Source: Malacoraja senta (lineage: Eukaryota). Taken from it: 64,000 bases of DNA. Made by a program: the position numbers and the translations under genes. Location of the stretch: the NCBI GenBank assembly GCA_038087875.1, contig CM075987.1, positions 21,764,001-21,828,000 on the forward strand, given 5' to 3'. The notes beneath the pieces are model-generated. The model worked only from the letters and a program-made list of their open reading frames with translations, did not search any database and had not been told where the DNA came from. Within the stretch, counting starts at the first letter, position 1; the number at the start of each line of letters is the position of its first letter. Shown here piece by piece: positions 1 through 14,000 of the stretch.

Positions 1-540
1 GCCGAGTTGTAAAACTAATTAATGTCTGGCAAGTTATTCAGATGTTGGAAATTGTCCTTATGTTTTTTAAGTGGAGAGTGAGTCAGGGCTAAGTGAATGG
101 GTCAGTGGAAGTGTAGGAGTTAAGAGTGGAGGTGTGGGTGTGTGTGCGCAGTGGTTTGGAGGAATAAACGTTGAGGAGGAGGGGTGTTTGAAGTTAGGAA
201 GAAAGAAGGAAGCGACTGACTAGGAATGGATGCAAGTTAGGAATTGGAGATGGTGGAATTCAGAGGTAGGGGGATGGGGACTAGGAGATGTGTGAGGGTG
301 GAGACCAAGAATCAGGTAGGAATGGCAGGATTGTATGCATTATACCATTAGCATTTATATAGCAAATTATAGTAACATAATCGTTAGGCAGATTAATGTA
401 AATCTGACCAAAATAGTATAGAGATCTTGAATAATATAGTCCTAGAGAAGTTACAATGATAGGGAATGGCAAAATCAAAGAGAAGATTAAAAATAAGGAT
501 GAGGAACTAGTAATGATAGTAAAAGGGTCTGAACACTAAC

Positions 541-738
541 CTGGTGCATTGGCATCACCTGTACTCATAAACCCCAGAGGACCAACCCGATAGTTGAAGG
601 TCACGACTATTACTTTGCCTCGAGATGCAATCTCCAGCCCATCGTATAGATAGTTACTCAGGAAGTTGGCTCCGTGCCCTGCTCCGACCAAGAAACCTCC
701 TCCAAAGATCCAAATCATAACAGGCAGATTGGTGGACA
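541..738 (-). CDS. CEL: CEL exon 4
   Basis: VSTNLPVMIWIFGGGFLVGAGHGANFLSNYLYDG...DANAPG; AG/GT flanks, 198 bp. Confidence 0.93.
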
Positions 739-3486
739 CTGAGGAAGACACGTGAAGAGAGCTTTTTCATTATATGATCAGATTAAAATCAATAATAGGT
801 ATTTTTTAGAAAAGAGATACAGATGGAAACAGGTCATCAATCACCTGTTTTCACTAGTTCTGTGTTATCCCATTTTCTCATCCCACACTGTACACACTAG
901 GGGAAATTTTACACCCGTCAATCAACCTGCAAACTAACACGTCTTTGGGACATTGTAGGAAACCGGAGCACCCGGAGGAAACCCAGGCGGTCACAGGAAG
1001 AAAATGTAAACTCCACACAGACAGTACCCAAGGTCAGGATCTAACTAGGTCTCTGTGTTGTGAGGCAATGGCTCGATCAGCTGCATCACTCTCCCACTGC
1101 AAGTGTTTATATAAATGAAGTATGGATCTCGTTCATTACTATCATTACTATTACAAGAGAGCTTACTGAATACGCAGTGGAACTATTACAAAATACAAAA
1201 ATGCTGGAATTACTCAGCAGGTGAGCCAGTATCAGGTGTTTGACATTAAATATTTCCTTCGCTTTTTCCACAGATGCCGGCTGAATGCTCCTGATACTTT
1301 TTGCTTTTGTTTCATTTTCCAGCATTTCCAATTATTTTATTTCCATTTAGTAGTGAAAAAAGTTTGTTTTGTTTTAGCTGTATCAATGTCAAACTGTCAC
1401 AGGTAGAGCATAATTTACAGACAATAAAATTCCCTTTACGGTGAACCATTAAAATTCCCAGGTGGAATACAGGTTAAGTTGTAATAAAGCTCCTTCCACA
1501 CTATCCGTTCAAACATTTCCAGCTGTAGTGCAGATGCAAACTAAAATTAATTGGTATTTATGTCGGGATATTTTCAGTGTATTGAAACTTAGGTGAAGAG
1601 AGGCACAAGTAGTGATATAACTGTGCCCGTGGGTTGCCACAAAATACAGGCACTTTGTCAGACAGGGTACAGAAGACCTGCTGCAGTTGATGGAAACTGT
1701 GGATGAATAGCAATTGGGTTAAAGGTATTTTATTACAAGGATCTTAAGTCTACCATGTGAATAATTGGATCTGCCAAAGATCAGTGCCATGTCTTTTACA
1801 CGAGTGTAAATAAAAACTTGACATCACAACACCAACAGAACTTTCCAAACAAACATATAATTTCGTGGACATTTTAAAAGGAAGAAAGGCTGCAAAGAAA
1901 GTGGAACACCTTCCTAAAATTGATGCACCTTTACAATCAATAACACGAGAATGTTAGCTGCGTACAGTTTTAACCTGTGACTTTCATTTACCTTTGCTCC
2001 CATGTGGGACCCAAATGTTCAGGTAAAGACAATCTTCATTCCCAAAAACAGAATCTTGAGTCAAAGTTGTCTGCAAACATCTGGGTTTGAATTTTTTAGC
2101 CGTCAGGATATCTGGTAATGACATAAACACCAGAAGTTAGTGGAAAGAAAATACAATGATTGTTCACGATCCTCAGAAAATATCAAGAGCCTTTACAGAG
2201 TTTTAAAGTGTAGACTTTGTGATAGCAGAGGGCAAGAGATCAGCAAAATCAACAACAAATGCAGAAAGCAAACTTATTAGTGATTATTTGGAGCAGATTT
2301 TTATCAACAAATGTTTTAACACATTGGTCCTCCCCCCCCCCCGACCCCCCCAAGAGTATAAAACTGATTAGAACATTGATTTGAATTTGTGACATTGCAC
2401 AAAGCAATACTACTGAACTAATATCCACAAAAGAACATTTTAAAATTAAGTGCATTCTGTTGTATAATTCAATTGTCTTGTATGCAATCAAACCAAAATC
2501 AAACACACCTGTCAATAGTGCTCAAGTTATGAATACAGGAATGCATCTTTCTAATTAAGACTTTCATGTTGATAAAACTAAACTAATGGCTCTTACAACT
2601 CTGGCAATATTGTACTAGTAATGGCACCTGAATTATGTGCTCTGGTCTCTGGAGTGGAAACTGATTTTGGAAGTGACAACAAAACAGTGTATTATAACCC
2701 AGTGGTGCAGTGGCTATTTCTGGTCTGGTAATCCAGGCTGACTTGTATTGATAATACAGTGTTACAGGTTATAATCTCTCCATGGCAGCCAATGATTTTA
2801 AATTCAATTTTGAGAGAGAGGAAAAAAAAAAATCAGATTGGATAGATGGTTCACTGTTGCGTTTTAAATCAAGGAAATCTCTCGTCATTAACCATACCCG
2901 ACTATATTACATGTGATTCCCCGACCGACGTCATATGTAATTCATTTTGGATTTGCCCTCTGAAATGGCCATTTATTTACACCAAATTATAAAGTACACC
3001 TGACTATATGGACTGCAAGAATTCAAAGAGTTGATTTGCCAACATCTTCTCAAGCATAATAAATGCTGGCATTGCCAGCAACACTCACAACTCAAGTCTA
3101 AATAAAAAAACATCTGTTGTCTATTGAGATTAATTTTGCAATCTTTGTAAGTTTTCCAATGCCCCTGACTTTTACTCAGCTTCTCACTTGCACCGACTGG
3201 ATATTGGACATTGAAGAAATATTGTATCCATTTTTAAGAGACGATACAGGCATCGCAAAATGCAAACAAAAAGGAGATTTGTTACCAGGCCATCTGGGGT
3301 GTGGTTCAGCTTTCTCAAATCGCTTTGGGGTGGCAGCAAAAGGAATTCCTCTGAAAATGTCCACAGATGAAAAAAATCCATCTCTTTTATAGGTACCTTC
3401 CACAAGACCGCCTTCAGTTTGCACAACTCCCAGCTGTTGAAAAGGAGCAAGAAACCAGAGAGGGAACAAGAGTGAAGGAGAAAATA

Positions 3487-3529
<43 letters not shown>

Positions 3530-4601
3530 ATATGGTAAAGTGGAATCAGCTGAAGGAATCATATGGAACCTGTTCCGCAGCGGTTAATTAATCAATTAAT
3601 GTTGGTTGATTAATTAATGCAGAATTGCTACGTAACAGCATCATATACAATTCAATGTCTTACATTTTTTTTTAACAATGTTCCAATTGTAAAACCAAGA
3701 ACCCTTTCTACTTTAGCAAAACAGTGCTGGAAGAACTACATATCTGCTTCTATAGATCACTGCATTTCCATTCTTAATAATCAAACAATTCCATGCACAT
3801 ACAATTTCACTGTTCTTTTAAACAAACTCTATCAACGGTCTATGGAAACAAGGAACTGCAGATGGTGGTTTACAAAAAAGGACAGAAATTGCTGGAGTAA
3901 CTCAGCCGGTCAGGCAGCATTTCTAAAGAACATGGATAGGTGATGTTTCGGGTTGTGTCTGATGAGGGTCCCAACCTGAAAGTCTCCAATCCATGTTCTC
4001 CAGAGATGCTGCCTGACCCACGGAGTTACTCCAGCACGTTGTGTCTTCTTTTGTAATCTGCACTTCATTGTTTCTACCCTTGTAGGGAGATGGATGTGAA
4101 AATGGGATGACAGAGAACTAGGGTGAACGGGTGATCGATGGTCGGCATTTATCAGAAGATTATTAAACCAGTTAAATACAGAATCAACCCACCTCTGCAC
4201 TCTCATTAAACATGTCTAATGGATTAGATGGAGTAAACCTCCTTTTAAAGGCTTTGATCTGTAATCAGAGATCCATTTCACTGTCTGCATGATACTGGCA
4301 TCTTGCAAGCCAGTGAAACACTTACTCAGCACCGAGTTATGTTGAGTTAAAGACTAATTTATGGGCTAATTCATTGTTTAACACGCATCATACCAACTAC
4401 CTCGATAGCTGCACAGAACTTCCTACTGTGACAGTAAAATCGAGACCCTCAAATCACGTTGAGAGCAACTCAATTGGAACATTTGTCCTTTTCCCAAAAT
4501 TTGCAAATAATGGAGAGTTTGATGAAACTTACCGTGGCTCTTGCTACAACACTGAGAAAGAAGCTGCCAAACAGGAGCCCAAGAAACTGCCAGCAAGCCA
4601 T
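541..4601 (-). CDS. CEL: Carboxyl ester lipase / bile salt-activated lipase, 5' part (coding exons 1-4; gene continues past window start)
   Basis: Exons 4601-4533, 3433-3286, 2111-1992 and 738-541 splice in frame to a signal peptide plus carboxylesterase motifs (FRGIPFA, EDCLYLNIWVP, PVMIWIFGGGF, NYRVGPLGF). Adjacent to GTF3C5 as in mammals. Confidence 0.93.
806..1090 (-). mobile_element. HE1-like tRNA-derived V-SINE, decayed
   Basis: Reverse-complement similarity to the copy at 13007-13308. Confidence 0.7.
1992..2111 (-). CDS. CEL: CEL exon 3
   Basis: DILTAKKFKPRCLQTTLTQDSVFGNEDCLYLNIWVPHGSK; AG/GT flanks. Confidence 0.92.
3286..3433 (-). CDS. CEL: CEL exon 2
   Basis: LGVVQTEGGLVEG...VDIFRGIPFAATPKRFEKAEPHPRWP; AG/GT flanks. 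Confidence 0.92.
3493..3521. repeat. (GA)n microsatellite
   Basis: Direct reading; forms a (CT)n pyrimidine tract upstream of the CEL exon 2 acceptor. Confidence 0.9.
3847..4076. mobile_element. Penelope-derived short repeat, head-to-head inverted pair
   Basis: Arms ...ctgcagatg...tgctggagtaactcagc... and its reverse complement around a ctgatga..gaaa core; same family as the repeat downstream of the Penelope endonuclease remnant at 38110. Confidence 0.7.
4533..4601 (-). CDS. CEL: CEL exon 1 (signal peptide)
   Basis: MACWQFLGLLFGSFFLSVVARAT followed by GTAAGT donor, phase 0 into exon 2. Confidence 0.88.
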
Positions 4602-4645
4602 CTCACAGGTCTGCACTTTGAATCTGTGCTCTTCCAACATGCATG

Positions 4646-4653
4646 TTTATATA
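4646..4653 (-). promoter_or_regulatory. Probable TATA box of CEL
   Basis: TATATAAA on the minus strand ~45 nt upstream of the CEL ATG. Confidence 0.6.
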
Positions 4654-5103
4654 CATGAATCTATGCCAGCATTGTGTATTGACCACAAATAACACTGTCA
4701 AGGTTGGCCTGTTTATTTTAATAAACAAGCATATCTTAATGACATTATTTAACATGGACAGGCATTAATATCAGCAAAAGACTCGTTTTCAAGGCCAGTA
4801 ACAATACTTTATCAATATTACAGAAGTTCAGTAAACCTCCTGCTTAAAGTAGGAATGTTTCAGATGGTTTCTTTGTTCACTCTCCTCCCCCACAATTTTA
4901 ACCAAACCATTGAGATATATTCACAAAATCAAGATATCTTTATATCAGAGGACAAGGTGGGGACTCAACCCGGCCAGTTGCTTTCCAATGGTTCACTTTC
5001 AGGAACTGATAGCTGCTGGTGGGTACAGGTAGACCCAAGGATGTTGGGATGGGTGACATCGTTCCATTGCCCTTCTATTCAAAATAAGCATTGGATGCTT
5101 TGA

Positions 5104-5470
5104 GCTCCTCGGGGAGGGATGTGTTGATGCCAGCAGTACTCCCCAACTTCACTTAGTAGCCCGTTATGTCATGTAAGCCTTGCCACAATTGATAAGTGGC
5201 TGTGGGGTTATTCTGAGATTCTAGTCGTCAGGAATTTTCTCTTGACATCGTTGATGGCTTTGCGGAGATTCTATATGGATTTCCTGTACCTCTCGCAATC
5301 ACCCGACTTGTACGCCTCAGACTTGGCCTTCAATAGAGGGTGGATCTCACGGATCATCCATGGTTTCCAGTTGGGGAACACTCAGATCATCTTCTTTGGC
5401 ACACAGTCCTCTGAACACTTACTGATGATGTCTGTAATTCTAGTAGCATAGGTTGGCCAGACTTGAATGT
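5104..5470 (-). mobile_element. Rex1/Babar-type LINE fragment
   Basis: Minus-strand translation with stops: IISKCSEDCVPKK..FPNWKPWMIREIHPLLKAKSEAYKSGD..LRKAI. Confidence 0.65.
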
Positions 5471-6174
5471 GCACCAATCAACCTACTGAGGGCAATCATG
5501 TGGAATCTCATCTGTTTCTACACACCACCAATCATGGTCACCATTGCAGAAAGCATCTGGCCCAGATGAAGTCCCCAGCCCTGTCCTCAGAACGTGCATG
5601 GACAAGCTTGCAAGAGTATTCGCATCTTCAACTTCGCCCTAATCCATTCTGAGGTTTCCACCTGCTTCAAGACTACTGATCATATATGGTTGCTTTTATA
5701 ACTTTTAATAACCTTACCATCTCTTCTATATAATTGTGTAATCAAGATAAAAACATAAATTTGTTTTAGATCTGATATTAGTCCAATGGATAAATGGACC
5801 TTATTGCAATTGAGGGATCCTAGGGGCTTGCAGATAGCGGCACAGGCTAGGGAAAGGTCACTCTGCAGTTACATTAAATATAAGAAAAACACCAAAGTTT
5901 AGCTAATAAACAAGCAGAGCACTAATACCTGGGAACTTCTCTTTGCATGAGTGACTTGTGGAATGTGTATCCAGAGAAGACTTACAGTTGGAATTCATTA
6001 ATAAAACAAAGGAAAACTGAACAATCTAGGGTTTCTACCTGGAGATAAAAGAAGGAAAAAAAAAAAGGCTTTCAATATTACCATGGAGTTCCTTAAGTAG
6101 ATGCAGAAGCCACGAAATTGGTCCATCACCTCTGGTATTTCATATATACATTCCACACAAAAGTGCTTTTGTAC

Positions 6175-6299
6175 AGAAGGGTTTCGGCCTGAAACGTTGC
6201 CTATTTCCTTCGCTCCATAGATGCTGCCTCACCCGCTGAGTTTCTCCAGCATTTTAGTCTACCTTCGATTTTCCAGCATCTGCAGTTCCTTCTTGAACA
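6175..6299 (+). mobile_element. Penelope-derived short repeat
   Basis: gaagggtttcggcctgaaacgttgcctatttccttcgctccatagatgctgc..., highly similar to 31689-31821. Confidence 0.75.
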
Positions 6300-8559
6300 A
6301 TGCTTTTGTATAGACTAGAATGTGCTGGCCATCATTCCGAGGTTAAATGATACTCACCAAAAAATTGGCCGAGGCAATTCTACACATATTTAAGCAAATA
6401 CAGACTGCAGGAGGAATAAAGTGGGTCAGGCAACATCTGTGGACAGTATAACACAGAGTGCTGGCTTAACTCAAGGCAGAAACTCGGGAGTACGTGGATA
6501 GATGACCCTTCTTCAGGCTGATTGTAGTGTGGGAGAGAAAAAGGGAGGGAATAGACAGACAACAATTTAGCTTGTGTCTCTTCCTACAGATTCCATCGAC
6601 TTTACATAATTAAGTTTGACATAGCTGAAAATTTCCTGGCTTCTGTTGCACATTCACAAACCTAATTTCCTTAGTTGTGATGTAGGCAAGAGCAATTTTG
6701 TTCAAAAATGTTAGAAACAACAGTAATACTGCTAGGAACATTTTGTCAGGCTAATTGGTGGTTTTATCTCAGGAGATAAACTTCTGGGAACTCAGTACGC
6801 TGCAGAGCTGCTTGGAAACATTACCTGGATTTGGCATGAAATCTTTAGCCTTAATAAGGAATAGCTTCTAAATTACACCACAGGTGTTGTACACATCAGA
6901 AGGAGAACGTTTGTGCATTAAAACACCCACCAGGAGCCATCAGGTCTTGGTCTTTGCTCTCCGGGATATGATATCCATTCCGACTGCTGGGACTGTCCAC
7001 ATCACACGCCAGCCATGGACAACAGCAGACCGGGCTGGCACTATGCTTGCCATGTGTAGTGTACCATGGGCACAGGAACAGCATTTATCACAACATGTCT
7101 CCCGGTTTCCAAACATAAAGGATTTCCACATCTCTAGTCACAGAGAGGACATCTCCCTGGTATCCATCAATATTCATCAACTGACATTCGCAAAAGAGAG
7201 AACTGGCCATTTACTTCTCCACATTGGTACTCGGAGAGTTCCTGTGCACGTGAAAGGTAGAATCACCGGAACATATCAGTTCTGAAAGAGGTCATCTGGA
7301 GAATCCTGCCGGTACCAGTTCTTTGAAATACTTTCCAATCTGATCCAGGGATTCTCCTTTTACCCCGGAAGGATGCAAATTAATCAATAGACAATAATCT
7401 TCTTTAATTAAAACACTTGGACAGGTACATTGAGAGTATCATTTTTTTGTATACTATAAATGTCAGTTCTCTTTAATATGCAATCGAGAGCACAGTTTTG
7501 CAATGAGTCAGTTTTACAACATCCAGCTAATGATGAAGAAACAAAAGAGAGAGGGTACCAAAAATAGCAAAGCAGATCTGTGACAGGGATGAGAGTCCGT
7601 TTTTCATCATGGCAGCTCCATAAAACAATTTGTGCTGACCTCACAATAAAAGCCCCCCCCCCCCCCCCCCCACCGGTCTGGCACCGTTGTTTCTGCTTCC
7701 TATGGGTAAACACACACTAATCCTAATAACTGTTTTCACAGCTGAGAATTTCTCACACTTGAGATTAGTTTAAGTTGTGAGTTTGAAGCACCTGTTGCCC
7801 ACATGCTTTCCATTTGCGTTGGATCACCACCGACTGCACTCCACAATTCTCCGACAGCACCTATCTGCACCGAGATAGCTGGGTCATTTTGGAATTTTTC
7901 CAACATTCTCTGCAAAAGCAGCAAGATGGTGGACAGAAGAACAAAGAGAATAATCACAGGGCCACTACCCTGCACCCATTGTTGGACTCTTTCCTTCTTA
8001 TTCCATGCTGTTGTCATGTCCTGCCTCAGTCAGATTCAGAATGACCGCAGATATCACGGTTAACTGTACATCATTCACCGAATGCAGAAACAGCCCGGTC
8101 TGAAGCTGTAGGTCACCCATGAGCGCAGTCTGTGTCCATTCAGGCCACACACAATCCTTTCCTAATACTAACAACCTCCACACCACACTACCAAGAAATC
8201 CACATGGAAATACCAAGGGTGGGGAGTGATTAAAGATGTGTTTGGTAATGTGAGTGAGGGGCATGTCATCTCTAACTATTCACTTGCAAATGTATTAACA
8301 CATTCTCTCCCAAACCACAGCCAAGCAATTTACATACAAGCCGAATGAAACTAGATTCACGGGCTGTTTTGTGCAGAGTGCAGGTTTGTTCAAAGTACAT
8401 ACATTTCAGGGGCGTTCCCATTTGTCTGCAGTATTAACTGCTGGGAAGTGGGAAGAATCCTGGTCTTCAGAGACCAATCCAGGCACAACTGAAATTGGAA
8501 AGCAAAAATCTACAGGTGCTGAAAACCTGAAATAAAACAGTAAATGCTCCTCTTCCCTT

Positions 8560-10088
8560 CCACCTCTAATGTCTGTTGGTTGCTCTATTCCCCCCTCCAC
8601 CCACACACACACTGTCCAGAACCGGACAATGTTTCCCCTCTACCCTCAAGCTCTGTGCTCAACAACTGCCACCAGTCTACACAGACATTTTCAATCAGTC
8701 CCTGCAAACCTGCACTGTCCCTGCCTGCTTCAAAGTCTCCACTATTGTTCCTGTACCCAAATGGCCAAGGGTTACTGGTCTTAATGACTACAGGCCTGTC
8801 GCACTAACCTCTGTAATCATGAAAACCCTTGAAAGACTTGTGCTAGCCCAGCTGAAAAGTATCACAAACCCCCTGCAGTTTGCATACCGGGCCAATAGAT
8901 CAGTCAACCTAGGCCTGCACTTCATCATCCAGCATCTAGACTGACAGGGGACCTATCTATGCAAGTATTTTGTTTGTGATTTTAGCTCTGCGTTCAACAC
9001 CGTTGTGCCAGAGTTACTACACTCCAAACTCTCCCAGTTGACTGTGCCTGAACCCCTCTGTCAATGGATCACCAACATCCTGACAGACAGGAAGCAGCAT
9101 GTGAGGCTGGGAAAGTATATCTCGGATCCGCTGACCCTCAGCATAGGAGCACGGCAAGGCTGCGTACTCTCCCTTCTCCTTTACTCTCTCTCCACCAATG
9201 ACTGCACAGCCACAGACTCCTCTATCAAGCTTCTCAAGTTTGCGGCCGACACAACCCTGATTGGACTGATCCAGGATGGGGAGGAATCTGCCTACAGACA
9301 GGAAGTGACACAGCTGGCGTCCTGGTGCCATCGCAACAACCTGGAGCTCAATGCACAGTAGACAGTGGAATTGATGGTAGGCTTTAGGAGAGCTCCCCCT
9401 CCCCTCACCATCAACAACAACACAGTCACATCTGTGGAGTCATTTTACCTTGGAACCATCATCTCCAGGGACCTAAAATGGGAGGCCACCATCGACACCA
9501 CAGTCAAAAAGGCCCAACTGAGGATGTACTTCCTGCGGCAGCTGAGAAAACAATCTGCCACAGGCAATGATGGTCCAGTTTTATACTGCCGTCATAGAGT
9601 TTGTCCTCACCTTCTCCATCATGGTCTGGTTTGGCTCAGCCACCAAGCATGGCATCCGGAGGCTGCAGCACATCGTCCGATCAGCCGAGAAAGTTGTTGG
9701 CTGCAACCTTCCCCCCCATTGACGAACTGTACACTGCAAGGGCCAGGAAGCGAGCGGGTAAGATAATCTCTGACCCCTCACACACTGGCCACAAACTCTT
9801 TGAAGCACTTCCCTCTGGAAGGCGACTCCGGACTGTCAAAGCCGCCACAGCCAGACATAAAAACAGCTTTTTTCCCCATAAGCAGCAGCTCTACACAACA
9901 GCCAAAAGTCTGTAGCCTCCTTTTGCTCTGATATTTTATTTTATTCTTCACATGTTTAACTTATAACGTTCTATTTTTAATGGTCTACTGTATATCGTGT
10001 TGTTATCCTTGCGAGCAAATTACCAAGGCAAATTCCTTGTATGTATACATACTTGGCTAATAAAATGTATTCAATTCAATTGAATTCA
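8560..10088 (+). mobile_element. Rex1/Babar-type LINE, 5'-truncated and decayed
   Basis: Frameshifted RT ([45 protein letters not shown]); 3' end with ataaaatg and (TTCAA)n tail. Confidence 0.85.
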
Positions 10089-10899
10089 CACACAACGGTG
10101 AACACCATGCTTTCCCTCACCTCTGCCATAGTCTGATGGTGGACCCACTGCTCTGTTGAAGGAATTCTCCATCCTTTCTGGATATCATTTCATCCCAAAT
10201 GGAAAATCACCACCTTGGAAAACTTGAAGCACAACTGCCCATTCATTGGTTTACAAATTAAAAACACTAAACTATCTAACAATAAAGGTCTTGCAATTTA
10301 ACCTTGTTACCTGTAATGAGAATGCCTGGAACTGGTTCTGGTGCCTACAACGTGGCCAGCAACAGGAAGCTGGTCTTGGTGGATGAGCCGCCTAATAAAG
10401 GCCTAATTGGGAATGGATACTCACTGCAGAAGGCATGAAAGGTAAGGAGTCACAGAGAACACCAGCCTGCTGCCCACCACTCAACCACGCGTTTTCACAT
10501 CGACATGGAGATGAACCTCAACTAACAACCCATGACCCACTGATAAGTAAATGAGTTACTGAGCCTCCACACTATCCAATAGCCTCCCTGTTCATGTAAC
10601 AGAGAGACAGAAGATGCTGTACACCAGCAGTCTGGTTCCATAACTCTTCGTCAGTGATCACCGTGTGCGCGGCTTGGTCACATTCCAATAAAGAAAACCA
10701 GAAGCAACTGATCAACTGCAACAGCAGTTTCTGTCAGAGAAGCTGGTCCAATGTAGCCAGCTACACGAACACAAGACCATGCTGCATATTATTAGACACT
10801 CCCTGCATAGCGACCATCTCTTGTCAGTGTACTTTCAATGCAACAATCAGTGTTTGTCTCTCGCCTCATGTAACCAAGTCCAGCTCACATTCAATACAG

Positions 10900-11051
10900 T
10901 CAAATGTAATCGAGAATCTCGGTCTCCATTTCATTTTCGCTTCCCTCTGACGGTGCGTATTCTTCTTCCTCATCTTCCTCCTCCTCCTCTGCAGATTCAT
11001 GCTCTTCTCTCTCCTGAGTGACTGATGGTTTCTTTCTCAGACAGGTCGAAG
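10900..11051 (-). CDS. GTF3C5: GTF3C5 exon 11 (last coding)
   Basis: ASTCLRKK...EEEEEDEEEEYAPSEGSENEMETEILDYI*. Confidence 0.9.
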
Positions 11052-14000
11052 CTGAGCATGAGGGAAAAGGAAAAAAAAAAACAATTACATATAAAACCAA
11101 TATCAGCTTCACAGTGTTCGGGAGAACAATTCCCAATCTGGACTTCCCAGCTGCCCAGACGTTATCACCAGACGGCAACTCTTGATGGTGAATTGTGTAA
11201 CTTCCAAATGCTGAACAATGTTAGTGAAGAGGAGATGTTACCCAAGTCAAATCTCCAATACACCTGTAGACAGAGGATGTTCAGGCAGCTGCAAAATTCC
11301 CCAAAGGTGCTTGAGCTTCAGATATGAAAATTCCCCCAAAGTTAGAGACAATCATTCTTTATGTTTCAGTTAGTCTGAGACTAGGATGGATGTCACAGAA
11401 TTCCAAGGTTGCCATTTTATACAGATACATGGATGACAACATCACTGCAAGTGAATGAGTCCAATGAGTTGTAGAAACAAATGGCTGTGAGACTTGGGGC
11501 GAGCATGAAAGGATGAACAATGGGGAGGCAAAGAGTGGCACAATGCCAGAGGTTGAAGAGGGTGGTGGGCTAAAGAGTCATTGGCACAGGCAGCACTCCT
11601 GCAGAAGTGCCAGCCCAAGATATTTGGGCTTAAATATTGGAGAGATACTTGAAGATACAATTTTATATCCCCAAATTGAGAATGTTAACCAATGATCCCA
11701 GTGCTGACTCTTCAAAATACCATGTACACAGCTTTTCCTCCTTTTAAGATAGGCAGAAGTGCACTGTAACACCTTATGGTGTACGGGTCAAACACAGGCA
11801 AACAGACTAGCTTAGATGGGGCATCTTGGTCAGCTTTGACGTGTTGAGCCAAACTGTACGGTGCGTCTTTATTATAAAATTCTACATCAAAGCTACAAAA
11901 CATCTCTGTGTATGATATATTTCTTTCTATAATAAAATTGTCTTATGATGGAGGTTTCAGCAATACTACTATGTAGAGGTATTACTTAATTCACACATAT
12001 TACACACAGATCCTGTGTTCAGTTGCAGCAGAGAGCAATTCAGCACAATATTCATCAAATAAATGCTACAGGTCAAGATTCTCATGTTCGCAAACTTCCA
12101 ATATAAATATATTGGAGAGCAAGCAGCGAATGTGAACACGACTGGATCTAGGCATGAAGACGGACACAGGAATACTGGGCTCCGTAGTCCAGGGGAGGTA
12201 GTTACTGGGTCACCGCAGTAATTAAATAATTTAAATAGCATGAATAAATTTAACTGAAGTTACAGCAGAGGAGAAAAAGGAGGCACGGGGAACTGCTTTT
12301 GCTGGAACCTTGAACAAAATAAAACAAAGTGCTGGAGGATCTTAGTGGGTCAGTCAGCATCTGTGAAGGCAATGGACAGGTGATGCTTTAGGCCATGACT
12401 CAGTCTTACGAAGGGTCACGACCTGAAACGTTGTCCATCTATTCTTTCCACAGATGCTGCTTGACCTACTGAGTTCCTCCAGCACTTTGTTCGTAGCTGA
12501 AAAAGGATAGTCAGTGGTTGAAGCAGAGAGAGAAACAAAATCACATCGACCCGAAGAAAAATATTTTGATTCTTCTTTTCAATCTAGTTACCGGCCTCAC
12601 CTGCTCGATTTTTGCGACAGACCTCTTTAATCATGTTGGACATCCGATCCCGGAGGTCATCACTGGTTTTCGGCAAACACCAGCCATCCCTCTCATTACA
12701 TGTGGTCTCTTTGCCATTATTGCGATGGATGATCTTTTTTAAACTGTAGTAACAGAAGGGAACCAGTTTCAGAGAGGAAATGACCATCATTCAACACTTG
12801 TCACACTTGAAACACTCTGAAAGCTAGGTAAGCCATTACACAAATCTAATCTTGCATTTCTACTGATATAATTCTACTTAAGGTTACAGAAAATACACAA
12901 TAGTCTAGGTCACAATGTCCTGATCGTGACAAACTTGAATCCTGAGTCAGAAGGTTGAAGGTTAAAGTCCCACTCCAGACACATTGGCTTAGTGTAGGTC
13001 TGACTGGTGGCACGGTGGTGCAGCGGTAGAGTTGCTGCCTCACAGCGCCAATGACCCAAGTTCGATCCTGACTACGGATCTTCCTATGGTGTTGTCTGTG
13101 TGGAGTTTGTACGCCTTACCCGTGACGGCATGGGTTTTCTCCGGTTTCCTCCCACATTCCAAAAATGTGCAGGTTTGTAGGTTAATTGGATTCAGTAAAA
13201 TGTCCCTATTGTGTAGGACAGTGTTAGTGTACGGTGATCGCTGTTTAGCACGGACTCAGTGGGCAGAAGGGCCTGTTTCTGAGCTGTACCTCTAAACTAA
13301 ACTAAACTGACGGAAACTTAAACCAAGGTCTCATCAGTCTTTTCAGGTCTGTGTACAAGATCTGATGGCACTGTTTTGAAGAACAACAGGGGATGTTTCT
13401 TGCTGATGTCCTGGCCAATATTTATCCCCAAGACAACTCCGTTCAATAGTGAGAAGCTTAAAACCAATTCCCCCGGTACTGGCACGTCCCATTCACTCTC
13501 CCACTGAAACCCCTTCCTATTCTAGTCCAATGAACAGCACCTGTCTACGTCCAAGTCACACAGCTGGTAAAACATCTGGCGATAGGGTGGCAAAGTGTCC
13601 TCTCGGAAGATGTACACCGACTCCTGGAATTATAAGAATAGTAGATATCAGGACGATTACATTATACAATGAACCTATTGCATTCTGATCTAATCCAATC
13701 ATTTGCTGGCACTCAGTCCATTCAAATCTGCAGGGAGATACAGTTGGGTGGGAAGAGAGAGTGTCAAGACTGGCTAAAACAAAGTCCACCACGACATCAG
13801 AATTTTATAAAACGTGGGAGTGAAAAGTTCAAGTTCAAGTGAGTTTATTGTCATGTGTCCCTGATAGGACAATGAAATTCTTGCTTTGCTTCAGCACAAC
13901 AGAACATAGTAGGCATTGACTACAAAACAGATCAGTGTGTCCATATATCATTATATAAATGTATACACACATGAATAAATAATAACCAGTTAATCAATTA

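Noticed and set aside
1..530. Strongly purine-skewed stretch in CEL intron 4
   Set aside because: No recognisable motif or credible ORF; probably a decayed repeat or low-complexity sequence.
3910..4206. 98-aa ATG ORF upstream of CEL exon 2 as candidate exon 1
   Set aside because: No signal peptide and it runs into a repeat; 4601-4533 has a signal peptide, a proper donor and a TATA box.
6884..8264. Cluster of short ORFs with faint LINE endonuclease/RT-like words (GGCFNAQ)
   Set aside because: Too degenerate to classify; at most an ancient LINE remnant, not a gene.
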